A program made the position numbers and the translations under genes. 64,000 nt of DNA from an uncultured delta proteobacterium (lineage in GTDB: Bacteria; Myxococcota_A; Polyangia; Polyangiales; Polyangiaceae): positions 192,001-256,000 of the forward strand of contig CAVQUB010000001.1 of the NCBI GenBank assembly GCA_963716725.1. Reading direction: 5' to 3'. Positions within the stretch are counted from its first letter, which is position 1, and each line of letters opens with the position of its first letter. Shown here piece by piece: positions 39,564 through 50,100 of this stretch. The notes beneath the pieces were generated by a model. It saw only the letters and a list, made by a program, of their open reading frames with translations. It had not been told where the DNA came from and searched no databases.

Positions 39564-41468
39564 GTGAACCCGTCCCCAGACCTCGAAGCGAAGCTGAAGG
39601 CGCTGCCCGCGCGCCCAGGCTGCTACGTATTTCGCGACGCCGCTGGCGCCGCGCTCTACATCGGCAAGGCCAAGAGCCTGCGCTCGCGCGTGCGCAGCTA
39701 CTTTCAAGAAGGGCAGGTCGACGCGCGAGGCTTCATTCCTCTCTTGCAGAAGCACCTGGCGGACTTCGACACGCTGGTGACGAGCACCGAGAAGGAAGCG
39801 GCCATCCTCGAGAACAACCTGATCAAGGAGAGCCGCCCTCGATACAACGTCAAGCTCCGCGACGACAAAGAGTTCCTGACGCTTCGGCTATCGCTCGATC
39901 ACGCCTGGCCGCGCCTCGAGCTGGTGCGGAGGCCAGCGGCGGACAAGGCGCGCTACTTCGGGCCCTATCACTCGGCTACCGCCGCGCGGCGCACGCTGAA
40001 CCTGATCGAAAAGCACTTTCAGCTTCGCACCTGCACCGACCGTGAGCTCGTGCGCCGATCGCGCCCTTGCTTGCAATATCAAATCAAACGCTGCCTCGCG
40101 CCCTGCGTCTACGAGGTCGACGGGGCGCGCTACGGAGAGCAAGTGCGAGCGGTCAGCCTGTTCCTCGACGCACGGCACGACGAGCTGACTCGAGAGCTCG
40201 AGGCGCGCATGGCCGAAGCCGCCGAGGGCATGGAGTACGAGCTGGCGGCGCTCTATCGCGATCAGATCCGCGCCGTCGGGCTGGTGCGAGAAGCGCAGCG
40301 CGTGGTGGCCGTGAGCGATCGCGATCAAGACGTGCTGGGCGTGTATCGGGAAGGAGATCTGGTCGAGCTGTCGCTGCTCAGTGTCCGCCGCGGGCGCGTG
40401 ATCGACGCCTCCAGCTTCAGCCACAAGAAGGTCGGGCTCCCCGACGATGAGCTGGTGGGCTCGTTCTTGCGCGAGCACTACGGCGCCGAGGGGCTGTCCG
40501 CGGGGCTGATCCCCGACGAAGTGCTGGTGCCGCTGTTGCCGGAAGGCGCGGCCGGAGTCGCCGAGTGGCTGACCGACCGACGTCAAGCCATTGCCAGCGA
40601 AGACGGCTCGCGGGCGCGCAAGGTCGAGATCGTGGCCCCCGAGCGCGGCCCCAGGCGCCAGCTCCTCGAGCTGGCGGTCGACAACGCTCGGCACACGTTC
40701 GAGGAGAAGCGGCGTTCGGCGGAGGACATGGATGCGAGGCTCGAGCAGCTCCAGGAGCGGTTGCGCCTACCCGTCGTGCCGCGCCGCATCGAGTGCGTCG
40801 ATATTTCGCATCTCGGTGGGCAAGACACGGTGGGCGCCATCGTCGCGCTCAGGGACGGCGTGCCCGACAAGAAGCGTTACCGCACTTATCACGTGAAGGG
40901 CGTCAGTGACGGGGACGACTACGGAGCGATGTACGAGGTACTGGCGCGCCGCTTCCGGCGGGGTCGCGCGGCCGAAGACGCCGACGAGAAGACCGAGTGG
41001 GGCTTGCCCGACCTGATGGTGGTGGATGGTGGGCGCGGTCAACTGGCGGTCGCGCTGGCGGCGGCCGGTGATCTTGGGCTGCACGAGCTCGCGGTGGTCG
41101 GCCTGGCCAAGGAGCGCGAGAACCCCCTCGGCGACAAGATCGTCGATCGCGTTTACCTGCCCGGTCAGAAGAACCCCATCGCGCTCCGGCCCCAGAGCCC
41201 CGAGCTGTTCTTGCTCGCGCGTGCCCGCGACGAGGCGCACCGTTTTTCGAATCGCGGGCGCAAGAAGCAGGGCAAGAAGCGCAGCTTCGAGAGCGAGCTC
41301 GACGCGGTCCGTGGCGTCGGGCCGAAGACCCGGCGCGCGCTGCTCGAAGCGCTCGGCACGGTGCAGGGCGTGCGCGCGGCCAGCGACGAGGCGCTCTTGG
41401 CCGTGCCTGGGATCAACCGGCGGACGCTGGCGGCGCTGAGGGCCCACCTGGATCGCGGGAACTGCTGA
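39564..41468 (+). CDS. uvrC: Excinuclease ABC subunit C
   Basis: GIY-YIG (PGCY...YIGKAKSLRSRV), RIECVDISH, PDLMVVDGGRGQ, RDEAHRF, HhH. Confidence 0.97.
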   Translation: MNPSPDLEAKLKALPARPGCYVFRDAAGAALYIGKAKSLRSRVRSYFQEGQVDARGFIPLLQKHLADFDTLVTSTEKEAAILENNLIKESRPRYNVKLRDDKEFLTLRLSLDHAWPRLELVRRPAADKARYFGPYHSATAARRTLNLIEKHFQLRTCTDRELVRRSRPCLQYQIKRCLAPCVYEVDGARYGEQVRAVSLFLDARHDELTRELEARMAEAAEGMEYELAALYRDQIRAVGLVREAQRVVAVSDRDQDVLGVYREGDLVELSLLSVRRGRVIDASSFSHKKVGLPDDELVGSFLREHYGAEGLSAGLIPDEVLVPLLPEGAAGVAEWLTDRRQAIASEDGSRARKVEIVAPERGPRRQLLELAVDNARHTFEEKRRSAEDMDARLEQLQERLRLPVVPRRIECVDISHLGGQDTVGAIVALRDGVPDKKRYRTYHVKGVSDGDDYGAMYEVLARRFRRGRAAEDADEKTEWGLPDLMVVDGGRGQLAVALAAAGDLGLHELAVVGLAKERENPLGDKIVDRVYLPGQKNPIALRPQSPELFLLARARDEAHRFSNRGRKKQGKKRSFESELDAVRGVGPKTRRALLEALGTVQGVRAASDEALLAVPGINRRTLAALRAHLDRGNC

Positions 41469-41539
41469 TCGGTTGGCGCCCTGCCAACCGGGTTGACGCT
41501 CGCGGTCCCAGGACTTCGGGAATTTGGCCGCGTATTGCG

Positions 41540-41555
41540 CGGTACGGGCCTTGCT
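41540..41555 (+). promoter_or_regulatory. Possible sigma-54 promoter
   Basis: CGGTACG-GGCC-TTGCT (GG-N10-GC) in the intergenic region upstream of the large lipoprotein. Confidence 0.4.
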
Positions 41556-41732
41556 CTAATGATGCTCGGCGATGGTCTGGGCTCGACCCGAAACCGCGAT
41601 TGACAGCAATCCTCCCGCGCACTTACGCTGCGAGCGCTGGCCATTTTCGGCTGGCTGGCGGTCAGTCCCTTCCCTGGGACTACCCACCGGGCTGTTTGGA
41701 TCTCGCCGGTCCGGTCCTGAAGGAGCAATTCG

Positions 41733-44150
41733 ATGAGTCTCGATATCAAAAAGGATGACTCGCTGGTCACGCGCTGGGTGCGCATGGGCCTGGCAGGCCT
41801 CGGCCTGGTCTCAGCCGTCGCGGCTTCTGCCGTGGGCTGCCTCGATCGGCCGGTGTCGCCCGCCTCGCCGAACACGACCAACGTGTTCGTGCAGGACATC
41901 CGCCAGACCACCATCGACAAGATCGATCTGCTCTTCATGATCGACAACTCGATCTCGATGGCAGACAAGCAGCTGATCCTCGCGGACGCAGTGCCGCAGC
42001 TGCTCAACCGCTTGATCACTCCGCAGATCGTGGACGGCAAGCCCGAATTCAAGGCCGTCGTCGACATCCACATCGGCATCGTGTCTTCGAGCTTGGGCGG
42101 TCACGGCGGTGACCAGTGCTCCGAGGGCGGGCCGAACTCGAACCCGACCCAGTACGACAACGGGCGGCTGATCGGCAGCGTGCGTCCGACCGCGAGCCTG
42201 CAGAGCTACAACAACTTGGGCTTCCTCTGGTGGGACGCGGCCACCCCGCAGAAGGGCAGCCCTCCGGGTGAGAACAACCCCGGCAGCATGGAGGCCAACT
42301 TCACCGCCCACGTGAAGGCCACCGGCGAGAACGGCTGCGGCTACGAGGCCTCCCTCGAGTCCTGGTACCGCTTCCTGGTCGATCCGGCGCCTCCGGCCAA
42401 GATGGTCGTCGAGAACAACAACGCCGTGTCGACGGGCGTGGACGACGTGGTGCTCCAGCAGCGCCGAGACTTCCTCCGGCCGGACTCCCTGGTCGCGGTC
42501 ATCATGCTCACCGACGAGAACGACTGCTCGATCATCGACGGCGGCTTCAACTGGTACGCCGCCCAGACCAGCAACCCGAACAACACGCCCTTCTTGCTGC
42601 CGCGCGCCACCTCGACCTGCGCCACCGATCCGAACAGCCCCTGCTGCCGCTCGTGTGCGACCCAAGAGGGAGCTCCGCCGTCGGGCTGCCAGGCCCTGGG
42701 CAGCGACTCCGAGTGCACGCAGAACAGCGGCTTCTGGACCGACGTCGACGATCACCCGAACCTGCGCTGCTTCGAGCAAAAGAAGCGCTTCGGCATCGAC
42801 TTCCTCTACCCGACCCGGCGCTACGTCGAGGCCCTCACCCAGCCGCGCATCTGCCCGTACTGGGACGCCAACGGCCCGGTGAACTGCCAGTTCGACGACC
42901 CGAACCAGGGCAACTACCGCGCCTGCAACCCGCTCTACGTCAAAGATCTCAACAACCCGACCGAGTGCGAGACGGGCACGCGCGATCCCGCGCTGGTCTA
43001 CCTGGCGGGCATCGTCGGAGTGCCGTGGCAGGACATCGCGACGGACGAGACGCTCAACGACCCCACCAAGCTCGACTACCTCTCGTCCACCGAGCTCGCC
43101 GAGAAGAACCGCTGGGACTGGCTGGTGCCCAAGTGCGAGAAGCAGGCCACCGACAAGATGCCCCGGCCGATCTCCGTCTGCGACAAGTGGGACCTGAAGG
43201 ATCAGCCCGACGACGCCCTCATGATCGAGTCGAGCGATCCGCGGACCGGCAACAACCCGGCCCTCAACATCGCCCTGGCGGACCCAGCGGCGGGCCCCCT
43301 GGCCAACGCCATCAACGGCCACGAGTGGCTGACTTCGAAGGGCGATCTCCAGTACGCCTGTATCTTCAAGCTGCCGCAGGCCAAGGACTGCGCCACGGCC
43401 AGCGGCGGCTGCGACTGCGACGACGTGGCCTCGGGCTACACCGCCAATAACCCCCTGTGCCAGGGCGGCGGCGGCTACACCAAGCTCCAAGAGTACGCCA
43501 AGGCCTTCCCGGGCACCCGTATGCTGCAGGTGCTCAAGGACTACGGCGACAACAGCATCGTCGCCAGCATCTGCCCCAAGGTCACGGACTCGAAGGCCAA
43601 CCCGAGCTACGGCTACAACCCGGCAGTCTCCGCCATCATCGAGCGCCTGAAAGAGGTGCTCAGCGGCCAGTGCGTCAACCGTCCCATCGCGTTCCCGCCC
43701 GGGCCCGACGGCAAGCCGGATCCCAACGCCATCCCGCAGTGCGCGGTGGTGGAGGTTCAGGCGAACTCGGGCGGCTGCCAGGCCTGCGACCCGACGCTCA
43801 ACCGCTCGGAGGTCGATCCCGATCTGATCAAGCCGGTGATCAACCGCCTGAAGGAGACGGGTCAGTGCACGGGCGCCGGCTGCACCGCGGCCAGCTACTG
43901 CATGTGCGAGATCAACTTCGTGGCGGACGCCGCGAAGGACGACTGCCTGAACAATGACCCGACTCAGGCCTCGACCGTGGGCTGGTGCTACATCGACCCG
44001 GCCCAGGGCATTGGCAACCCGAAGCTGGTCGAGAGCTGCAATCCCGCGCGGCAGCTGCGCTTCGTGGGCGCGAACACGCCGACCTCTGGGTCCACGGTGT
44101 TCATCGCCTGCCTGGGTGCGCCCATCGCGGCGGCTGCCCCGACGCCCTGA
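41733..44150 (+). CDS. Large Cys-rich VWA-like lipoprotein (myxobacterial surface protein, CglB-like architecture)
   Basis: Lipobox AVGC, IDLLFMIDNSISM (DxSxS MIDAS), GCGYEASLE, FLRPDS, LTDENDCS. Confidence 0.8.
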   Translation: MSLDIKKDDSLVTRWVRMGLAGLGLVSAVAASAVGCLDRPVSPASPNTTNVFVQDIRQTTIDKIDLLFMIDNSISMADKQLILADAVPQLLNRLITPQIVDGKPEFKAVVDIHIGIVSSSLGGHGGDQCSEGGPNSNPTQYDNGRLIGSVRPTASLQSYNNLGFLWWDAATPQKGSPPGENNPGSMEANFTAHVKATGENGCGYEASLESWYRFLVDPAPPAKMVVENNNAVSTGVDDVVLQQRRDFLRPDSLVAVIMLTDENDCSIIDGGFNWYAAQTSNPNNTPFLLPRATSTCATDPNSPCCRSCATQEGAPPSGCQALGSDSECTQNSGFWTDVDDHPNLRCFEQKKRFGIDFLYPTRRYVEALTQPRICPYWDANGPVNCQFDDPNQGNYRACNPLYVKDLNNPTECETGTRDPALVYLAGIVGVPWQDIATDETLNDPTKLDYLSSTELAEKNRWDWLVPKCEKQATDKMPRPISVCDKWDLKDQPDDALMIESSDPRTGNNPALNIALADPAAGPLANAINGHEWLTSKGDLQYACIFKLPQAKDCATASGGCDCDDVASGYTANNPLCQGGGGYTKLQEYAKAFPGTRMLQVLKDYGDNSIVASICPKVTDSKANPSYGYNPAVSAIIERLKEVLSGQCVNRPIAFPPGPDGKPDPNAIPQCAVVEVQANSGGCQACDPTLNRSEVDPDLIKPVINRLKETGQCTGAGCTAASYCMCEINFVADAAKDDCLNNDPTQASTVGWCYIDPAQGIGNPKLVESCNPARQLRFVGANTPTSGSTVFIACLGAPIAAAAPTP

Positions 44151-44165
44151 ACCACCGAACAGTGC

Positions 44166-44194
44166 GCCGCGCGGGGAGTCGTTCCTCGCGCGGC
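44166..44194 (+). terminator. GC-rich hairpin after the lipoprotein gene
   Basis: GCCGCGCGGGGA / TCCTCGCGCGGC stem (one G-U pair); no U tract. Confidence 0.5.
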
Positions 44195-44245
44195 ACGTCG
44201 GTGGGTTGAGTCTCCGCGCCCGCCGACTACGATGGCCCGAGACGG

Positions 44246-44938
44246 ATGGAGGCCAAGAAGACCATCCTCGTCATCGACGACGAGCCGCACATCCTGCTCG
44301 GGCTGCGCGACGCGCTTACCTTCGAGGGCTATCGGGTGGTCACGGCGACCAACGGCAAAGAAGGCCTAGCGCTCTCCCGCGCCGAGCGACCCAACGTGGT
44401 GCTGCTCGATCTGATGCTGCCGGACATGAACGGCTATCAGATCTGCGAAGAGCTGCGGCGCCAGGACGCCTTCGTCCCGGTCATCATGCTCACGGCCAAG
44501 AGCCAGGAGGCCGACAAGATCCGCGGCCTCGACGCCGGCGCGGACGACTACGTCACCAAGCCCTTCAGCGTGGGTGAGCTGGTGGCCCGCATTCGGGCCT
44601 TGTTCCGGCGCACGGCGCGGCCCATCGAGAACAACAGCTTCACGATCGGCGACGTGACGGTCAGCGTCTCGGCCCACACCGTGCAGCGCACGGGCAAGAA
44701 GGCCGCTGAGGCCCTCAGCTTCTACGAGGTCGAGCTGCTCAGGCTGCTGCACGAGCGGGCCGGCACGCCGGTGAGCCGCGAGGAGATCTTGAACAAGATC
44801 TGGGGCGTCGACGCGAACCCGACCAACCGCACCATCGACAACTTTATCGTGAAGCTGCGCCGCAAGGTCGAGAAGCGCCCGGACCGGCCCGAGCACATCC
44901 TCACGGTCTACGGCTTCGGCTACAAACTGGTGCCCTGA
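44246..44938 (+). CDS. OmpR/PhoB family response regulator
   Basis: IDDE, LDLMLP, GADDYVTKPF, RTIDNFIVKLRRK, TVYGFGY. Confidence 0.95.
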   Translation: MEAKKTILVIDDEPHILLGLRDALTFEGYRVVTATNGKEGLALSRAERPNVVLLDLMLPDMNGYQICEELRRQDAFVPVIMLTAKSQEADKIRGLDAGADDYVTKPFSVGELVARIRALFRRTARPIENNSFTIGDVTVSVSAHTVQRTGKKAAEALSFYEVELLRLLHERAGTPVSREEILNKIWGVDANPTNRTIDNFIVKLRRKVEKRPDRPEHILTVYGFGYKLVP

Positions 44939-44954
44939 GCCCCGGCCGCGTCGA

Positions 44955-45255
44955 AGAGGCGCGGGGGACGCGGGGAACGCGGGGAACGCAGGAAGAGATA
45001 TTTTGGGTTCGGAAGGAGAGGGGCGAGTCGGGCCGGATCCGAACCCGAAAATCTCTGTGTGCTCTGCGTGCTCTGCGTACGCCGCGCCTTTGGCCGGGGG
45101 CGTTCACGAGGGAGAGGCGCGGGGGACGCGGGGAACGCGGGGAACGCAGGAAGAGATATTTTGGGTTCGGAAGGAGAGGGGCGAGTCGGGCCGGATCCGA
45201 ACCCGAAAATCTCTGTGTGCTCTGCGTGCTCTGCGTACGCCGCGCCTTTGGCCGG
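44955..45255 (+). repeat. Two identical 143-bp long-hairpin elements (44955-45097, 45113-45255) with a 15-bp spacer
   Basis: Exact direct repeat, each unit self-complementary; intergenic between convergent genes. Confidence 0.92.
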
Positions 45256-45264
45256 ATCGCGCGC

Positions 45265-46117
45265 TCAGGGGTGGGCGGAGAGTGGCATCACGTTGCGCGG
45301 ATCGCAGGCAACCGTGCGCGCGTTCTTGGTCAGCTCGCCCGACGCCAACGAGGCGAGGTTGATCCCGTCGCGCACGCGCCGCACCTCGAGGTGAAGGTGC
45401 ACGTCGCCCGGGCTCCCGCTGTCGCCGACGAAGCCGAGCAGGGCGCCCTCGCGCACGTTCATGCCGCGGCTCAGTCCCGGCGCGGGTCCCTGCAGGTGTC
45501 CATAGAGGACAACGTATTCGCGGAGGCGGTCGCCCTCGCGCACCGTGTGGCGAGTCACCACCGAGTTGCCGAACACCTCGCCGACGAAGAGCACCTCGGC
45601 CTCCGCGGTCTGATGCTCCAGGTCCACCAGGCGCACCTCGGCTCCGCGACGCTGACCCAGGTCGAGGCCGCCGTGACCCACGGCCTTGATGTGCGCGCCG
45701 CGGCGCTGTTGCACGTCGGGACGATCCGAGATCGTAGCCGCTCACGACCAGGTTCTGCCCCGGCAGCGGCGGCACGGGCCAGCGGTAGCGTCGGTAGTCG
45801 CTGGGCCGCTCGGGGCGCCGGGGGATCTGATCGTAGAGCCGCCACGCGCCGCTGCGGTCACGGTGCAGGTTCTGCTCCTGAGTCAGTTCGGCGCCGCCGG
45901 TCGGGTCTCGCGGAACGGGGATGCAGACCCCCTGGTCGGGCAAGGTGCCCGGTGGGCAGGCGCTCGACAGCGCAGGCGACCCGGCGGGCGCGCTAGCCGC
46001 GCCAGCCGCAGTGACTCCGAAGGCCGGCGCGCTGACCAGAGGACGCCCACCTTCGGCCGCGTGGGAGAGGGCGGCGACGGCGGCGAGCAGGGCCGTCGCC
46101 TGGGTCAGCGGCTGCAT
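45265..46117 (-). CDS. M23 family peptidase (apparent +1 frameshift at 45726-45727)
   Basis: HGGLDL, YGHL, GFVGDSG, HLHLEVR; joined reading ...SGYDL-DRPDVQQRRGAH. Confidence 0.8.
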
Positions 46118-46216
46118 GTCGGGAGCATAACCGAGGAAGGCTCAGGGCCATTCCGTCCCGATTTCCGCCCCGCCGTGCTGGAACGTTTGCCTTCAGTCCC
46201 CCGGGTTTGATAGCGG

Positions 46217-47042
46217 ATGGGCGTGACGTTCCCTTCGGGTGAGCTCAGCCCGGCCGACTCGGCGGTGATGGAAGACCTTCGTGGTCCCGCGCTATCTGTC
46301 CTTCTACGGCGAGCTGGCCCTGGAGCTCGTGCTGGCCGGCGAGGGTGCGCGCATCGTGCACATTGGCTGCCGCACCGGCTACCCCGATCGCCAGCTCTGC
46401 GAGCTGGCAGCGCAGGCCGAGATTGTCAGCCTCGACGCGTCGCCGGCGGCCCTCGACCTCGCCAAGGGCAAGCTGGGTCCAGATGCGAGCCTGCCCATCG
46501 AGTACCTGCTGGCCAACGAGCTGCCCACCGGTCTCGATGCGGGCAGCTTCAGCCACGCTCTGTGTCTGCACCCGCTGGGATCGACACAGGAGCGGGCCGC
46601 GCTCTACCGGGAGATGTACCGCCTCTTGTGCGACGAAGGGCAGGCGTTGATCGCGTTGCCGCTGCGCGGGTCATTTCAAGAGGTCGGTGATCTGTTCCGC
46701 GAGTACGCGCTCAAGCACGACGACGGCGATCTCGGCAAGACCGTCGAAGAAGCCATGGCCACTCGCCACAGCATCGAGACCCTCTCGGAGGAAATCGAAG
46801 CGAGCGGTCTCGACGACGTGGACATCGAGGTGCGCTCCGTCACGCTCACCTTCGACAGTGGCCGCGCCTTCGTGGATGATCCCGTGACACGCCTCCTCAT
46901 CTTGCCCGAGCTCGCCGCCGCGCTGGGCGGCGTCGACCTGGAAAAGCCCCTGGCCTACTGCCGCGACGCCATCGACAAATACTGGTCCGAGGGCCAGTTC
47001 GAGCTGACGGTCAACGTCGGCTGCGCTAGTGCCCGGAAGTGA
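46217..47042 (+). CDS. Class I SAM-dependent methyltransferase-like protein (apparent +1 frameshift at about 46272)
   Basis: IVHIGCRTG, SLDAS; joined reading ...DSAVMETFVVPRYL. Confidence 0.72.
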
Positions 47043-47119
47043 GCTCGATCGAGATCTCGCCGGGGCGCACTCGGCGACGAGACTGCACGCGACGACGACG
47101 CGTGGATGCGCCTCTGACC

Positions 47120-50100
47120 TCAGTAGCGATACTGCCAGAGCAGATCCAGCCCCGTGCCCACAGTGCCGACCTCGGTGCGCAGGGACCAATTGCGCTGAAA
47201 CCGCCAATCGACCGTTCCGCTGACGTCGACCGGGTCGGTGGTCGTGTTGTTCTGCTGCTGCTCGAGCCGGTTCCGATAGGTACCCTCGAACCACACGCTC
47301 TCGCTGAGGCGGACCGCCGCCGTGTAGCTGGCCTTGTTCTCGTCGGTGCCCGTGCGAAGCTCGACGCTGCCGACCAGAGCGTCGGCGAAGAGCGTGTTGA
47401 ACGCAGTCGCGATGCCACCCGCCGCGGCCGTCTCCCGCGTCCGGGCGCCGGAGGCTTCGTCGCCGCCGCCGCTGGACGCACCCCCAAAGAGCAGGGCCAT
47501 GATCTCGGGCTCGGACCGGGCCGGATCGCTCGACAGCCTGAGCTTGGCGTCTCCCAGCGAGCCGCCGACATCCACGGACACGACGGTTCCGTCCGGCGCG
47601 CGCCAGCTCGCGGTGGCGAACAAGTGGGGGTTGCCCGGATCGGGCGTGTCGAACACCACACGCCCGGCCTCGATCACCCAGGTCTTGCCCCACGATTGAA
47701 AGCGCCCGCCGGGCTTGAGCTCGATGAAGCCGCTGACGGCAGCCTTCTGATCCAGGTCGATCACGGGTTGACCGACCAGCGGCAGATCGAGATCCGATCG
47801 AGTGACCCGCACCCCACGCTTCAAGTTCACTACGAAGCGCCACGGGAGAATGGTCGCGGTGCGCTCCACGGCGGGTTCCTTCAAGGGTTGAACCACGTGA
47901 ATGGCGGGGTTGTCGCTGACGTCCACGACCTCGCGTCCGCTGGCCTGGGGCAGCCGCGCCGTCAGGTTGGGGATGTCCACGGTGACGAGCATGCGCTCCT
48001 CCACGCGCTCGAGCTTCAGCGTGGCGGCGCCGCTCGCGGTGGCTTGCGAGACGCCTTGGAACATCACCGGCACGTCGCTCATGCTGAGCGAGGCGTCCCC
48101 ACGCGTCATGCGCGCGCCGTCGAAGTAGAGGTTCGCGAGGGCCCGGACGTTGACCTTCTCCGAGCGCGCCTTGGCCTCCACGTCGTGGATGTTCACCCGG
48201 GTGAAGCCCCCGGCCTTCTTGGCCGTCGCCCCGAAGCTGACGTCTCGGAATTCGATGCCAAGCGGCGCGATGTGCAGCACGCCCTTCTGCACCGTGGCCT
48301 GTCCGTCCACGTCGGTCTCGAACTCCCCGCTGGGCTTCCCGTCGGCCTTCAACCGAGGCTCGAGGGTGGCGACTATGCGTCCGTCGACCTTGCCGGTCAT
48401 CCGCGAGAATATGTCTCGCAAGAACGGAGAGAGTACGACCGCGTCGTAGCCATGCGCTTCGGCCGAGAGCAGCACGCGACGGGCACGGTCGAGGCGTGGC
48501 CAAGCACCGGACCAGTCGAGTCCCATGCGAGCTTCCGCGGTCAGGCGTCCGCGTCCGTCGTCCAGCGTCGCGTCTGCACGCAGCTGGCGTCCGTCCGAGC
48601 GGATCGAGACGTTGCCGCGCCCCACGCCGACGCCGTCCACGCTGGCGCCGGTCAGGTCGACGTTGGCGGACAGCTGCGGCGGAGCGTCGGCGCTGGTGCG
48701 CTGTAGCGCGATGCTGCCCTGAAGCGCGCCCGCCACTTTGGCGTCCGCCAGCGTGCCCACCATGGTGAGCGGAGCGCTCTCGAGCGCCAGGTGCGCTCCG
48801 CCAGTCCAGGAGCCGTCCGCGATGTTGGCGTTGCCCTTCGCCGTCAGCTGCGCGATGCGCCTTCCAGCTCCGCGGACCTCTGCGTTTCCGCCAAAGCGTC
48901 CGCTCGCGAACTCGTACTGACCGTTGGCCTTCAGGTCCATCGGCAGTGCGCGGTAGCCCGAAGACCACTGAACTTGGCGCGCCTCCAGGTTGGCCGAGAG
49001 CTTGGGATCGCTGGCTGAACCAGAGAACCCCAGGCGTGCGGTGGCCGAACCCCGCAGCCCTTCCACCAAAAGCGGCTTCGGGTATTGGGAAAAGGGGCGC
49101 TCGTGCAGGGTGACCACCGCCATCAGCGGCGCGTCGAGCACCTGGCTCAGCCAGTCGTCGGGTGCAGCCAGAATTTCCTTCCAGTTGATCCTCGCGCCAC
49201 CACTGGTCGTGATGAACCAGCCTGTCTCATCGACCAAGCGCGTGGTGCCACCGATGTCGCCGCGCTCGCCGTTGACGCTGCCCGCGAGCTCGACGTCGAT
49301 CCCGGTGACCTGCAGCGGCTTGTCGCCCTTGGTGGCTGGCCCCTGCACGACCTCCAGCTTGCGCGTGCCAGCCACCATGATCTCGGCGTTCGGTAGCTGG
49401 GTCGGCGCGAGGCGCTCGACCCGGATCCGAGCGAAGGCCGTGCCCGCGACCTTCTCGATGCGGGCGGACTTCGGCAGCAGGTGCTTCAGGAGCGAGAGCT
49501 GAACGTCGCTGAGCTGAATTTCACCGTCTCCGGTCATGCCGAGCCACGACGCGGGCTCTGCTGGATTGCCGTTGACCTCGGTCTGCCAGGTGGCGCCGAA
49601 GGCGCCGATGTCCTCCACGATGCCCGAGGCCTTGCCCTCGATGTGCTCACCGTCGAGCCTTGCGTCGAGGGACAGCGAGACCCCGCCCACCGAGGCGATG
49701 GATCCCTTGCCGAGCCCGAGGCGGACGTGGCCGGTCGACTGCTCTTTGCTCGCGATGATGTCGGCATCGAGGTTGAGGATGCCGCCCAAGACTCCGCGTT
49801 TGAGCCCGATGGCGCGTGACACCACGTCGAGGTCGAGTCCGACGCCCTTGGCCTGCACCTCGACGCGATCCTTGGAGAGCCGGATCTTTCCTCCGAGCTC
49901 ACCGCCGGCGCCGGTCAACTTCACGCTGTCCACCACCACGTCGCGCGAATCGAGATCGAGGTGCGCGATGCGTCCGGTCAGAACGACGGCGTCGCGCTTG
50001 ATCTTGAGGTCGAGGTTCTTGACCGCGGGCTTGGCCTTGGCCTCGAGAATCGCGCTGGCGCGGACCTCGGAGCCGTGCTCGTCGGAGAGCGTGGCGGTGA

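Noticed and set aside
44955..45255. CRISPR array
   Set aside because: Only two 143-bp units with a 15-bp spacer; the sizes are wrong and there are no cas genes in the window.
45003..45394. ORFs with duplicated peptide sequences
   Set aside because: These are translations of the non-coding hairpin repeat.
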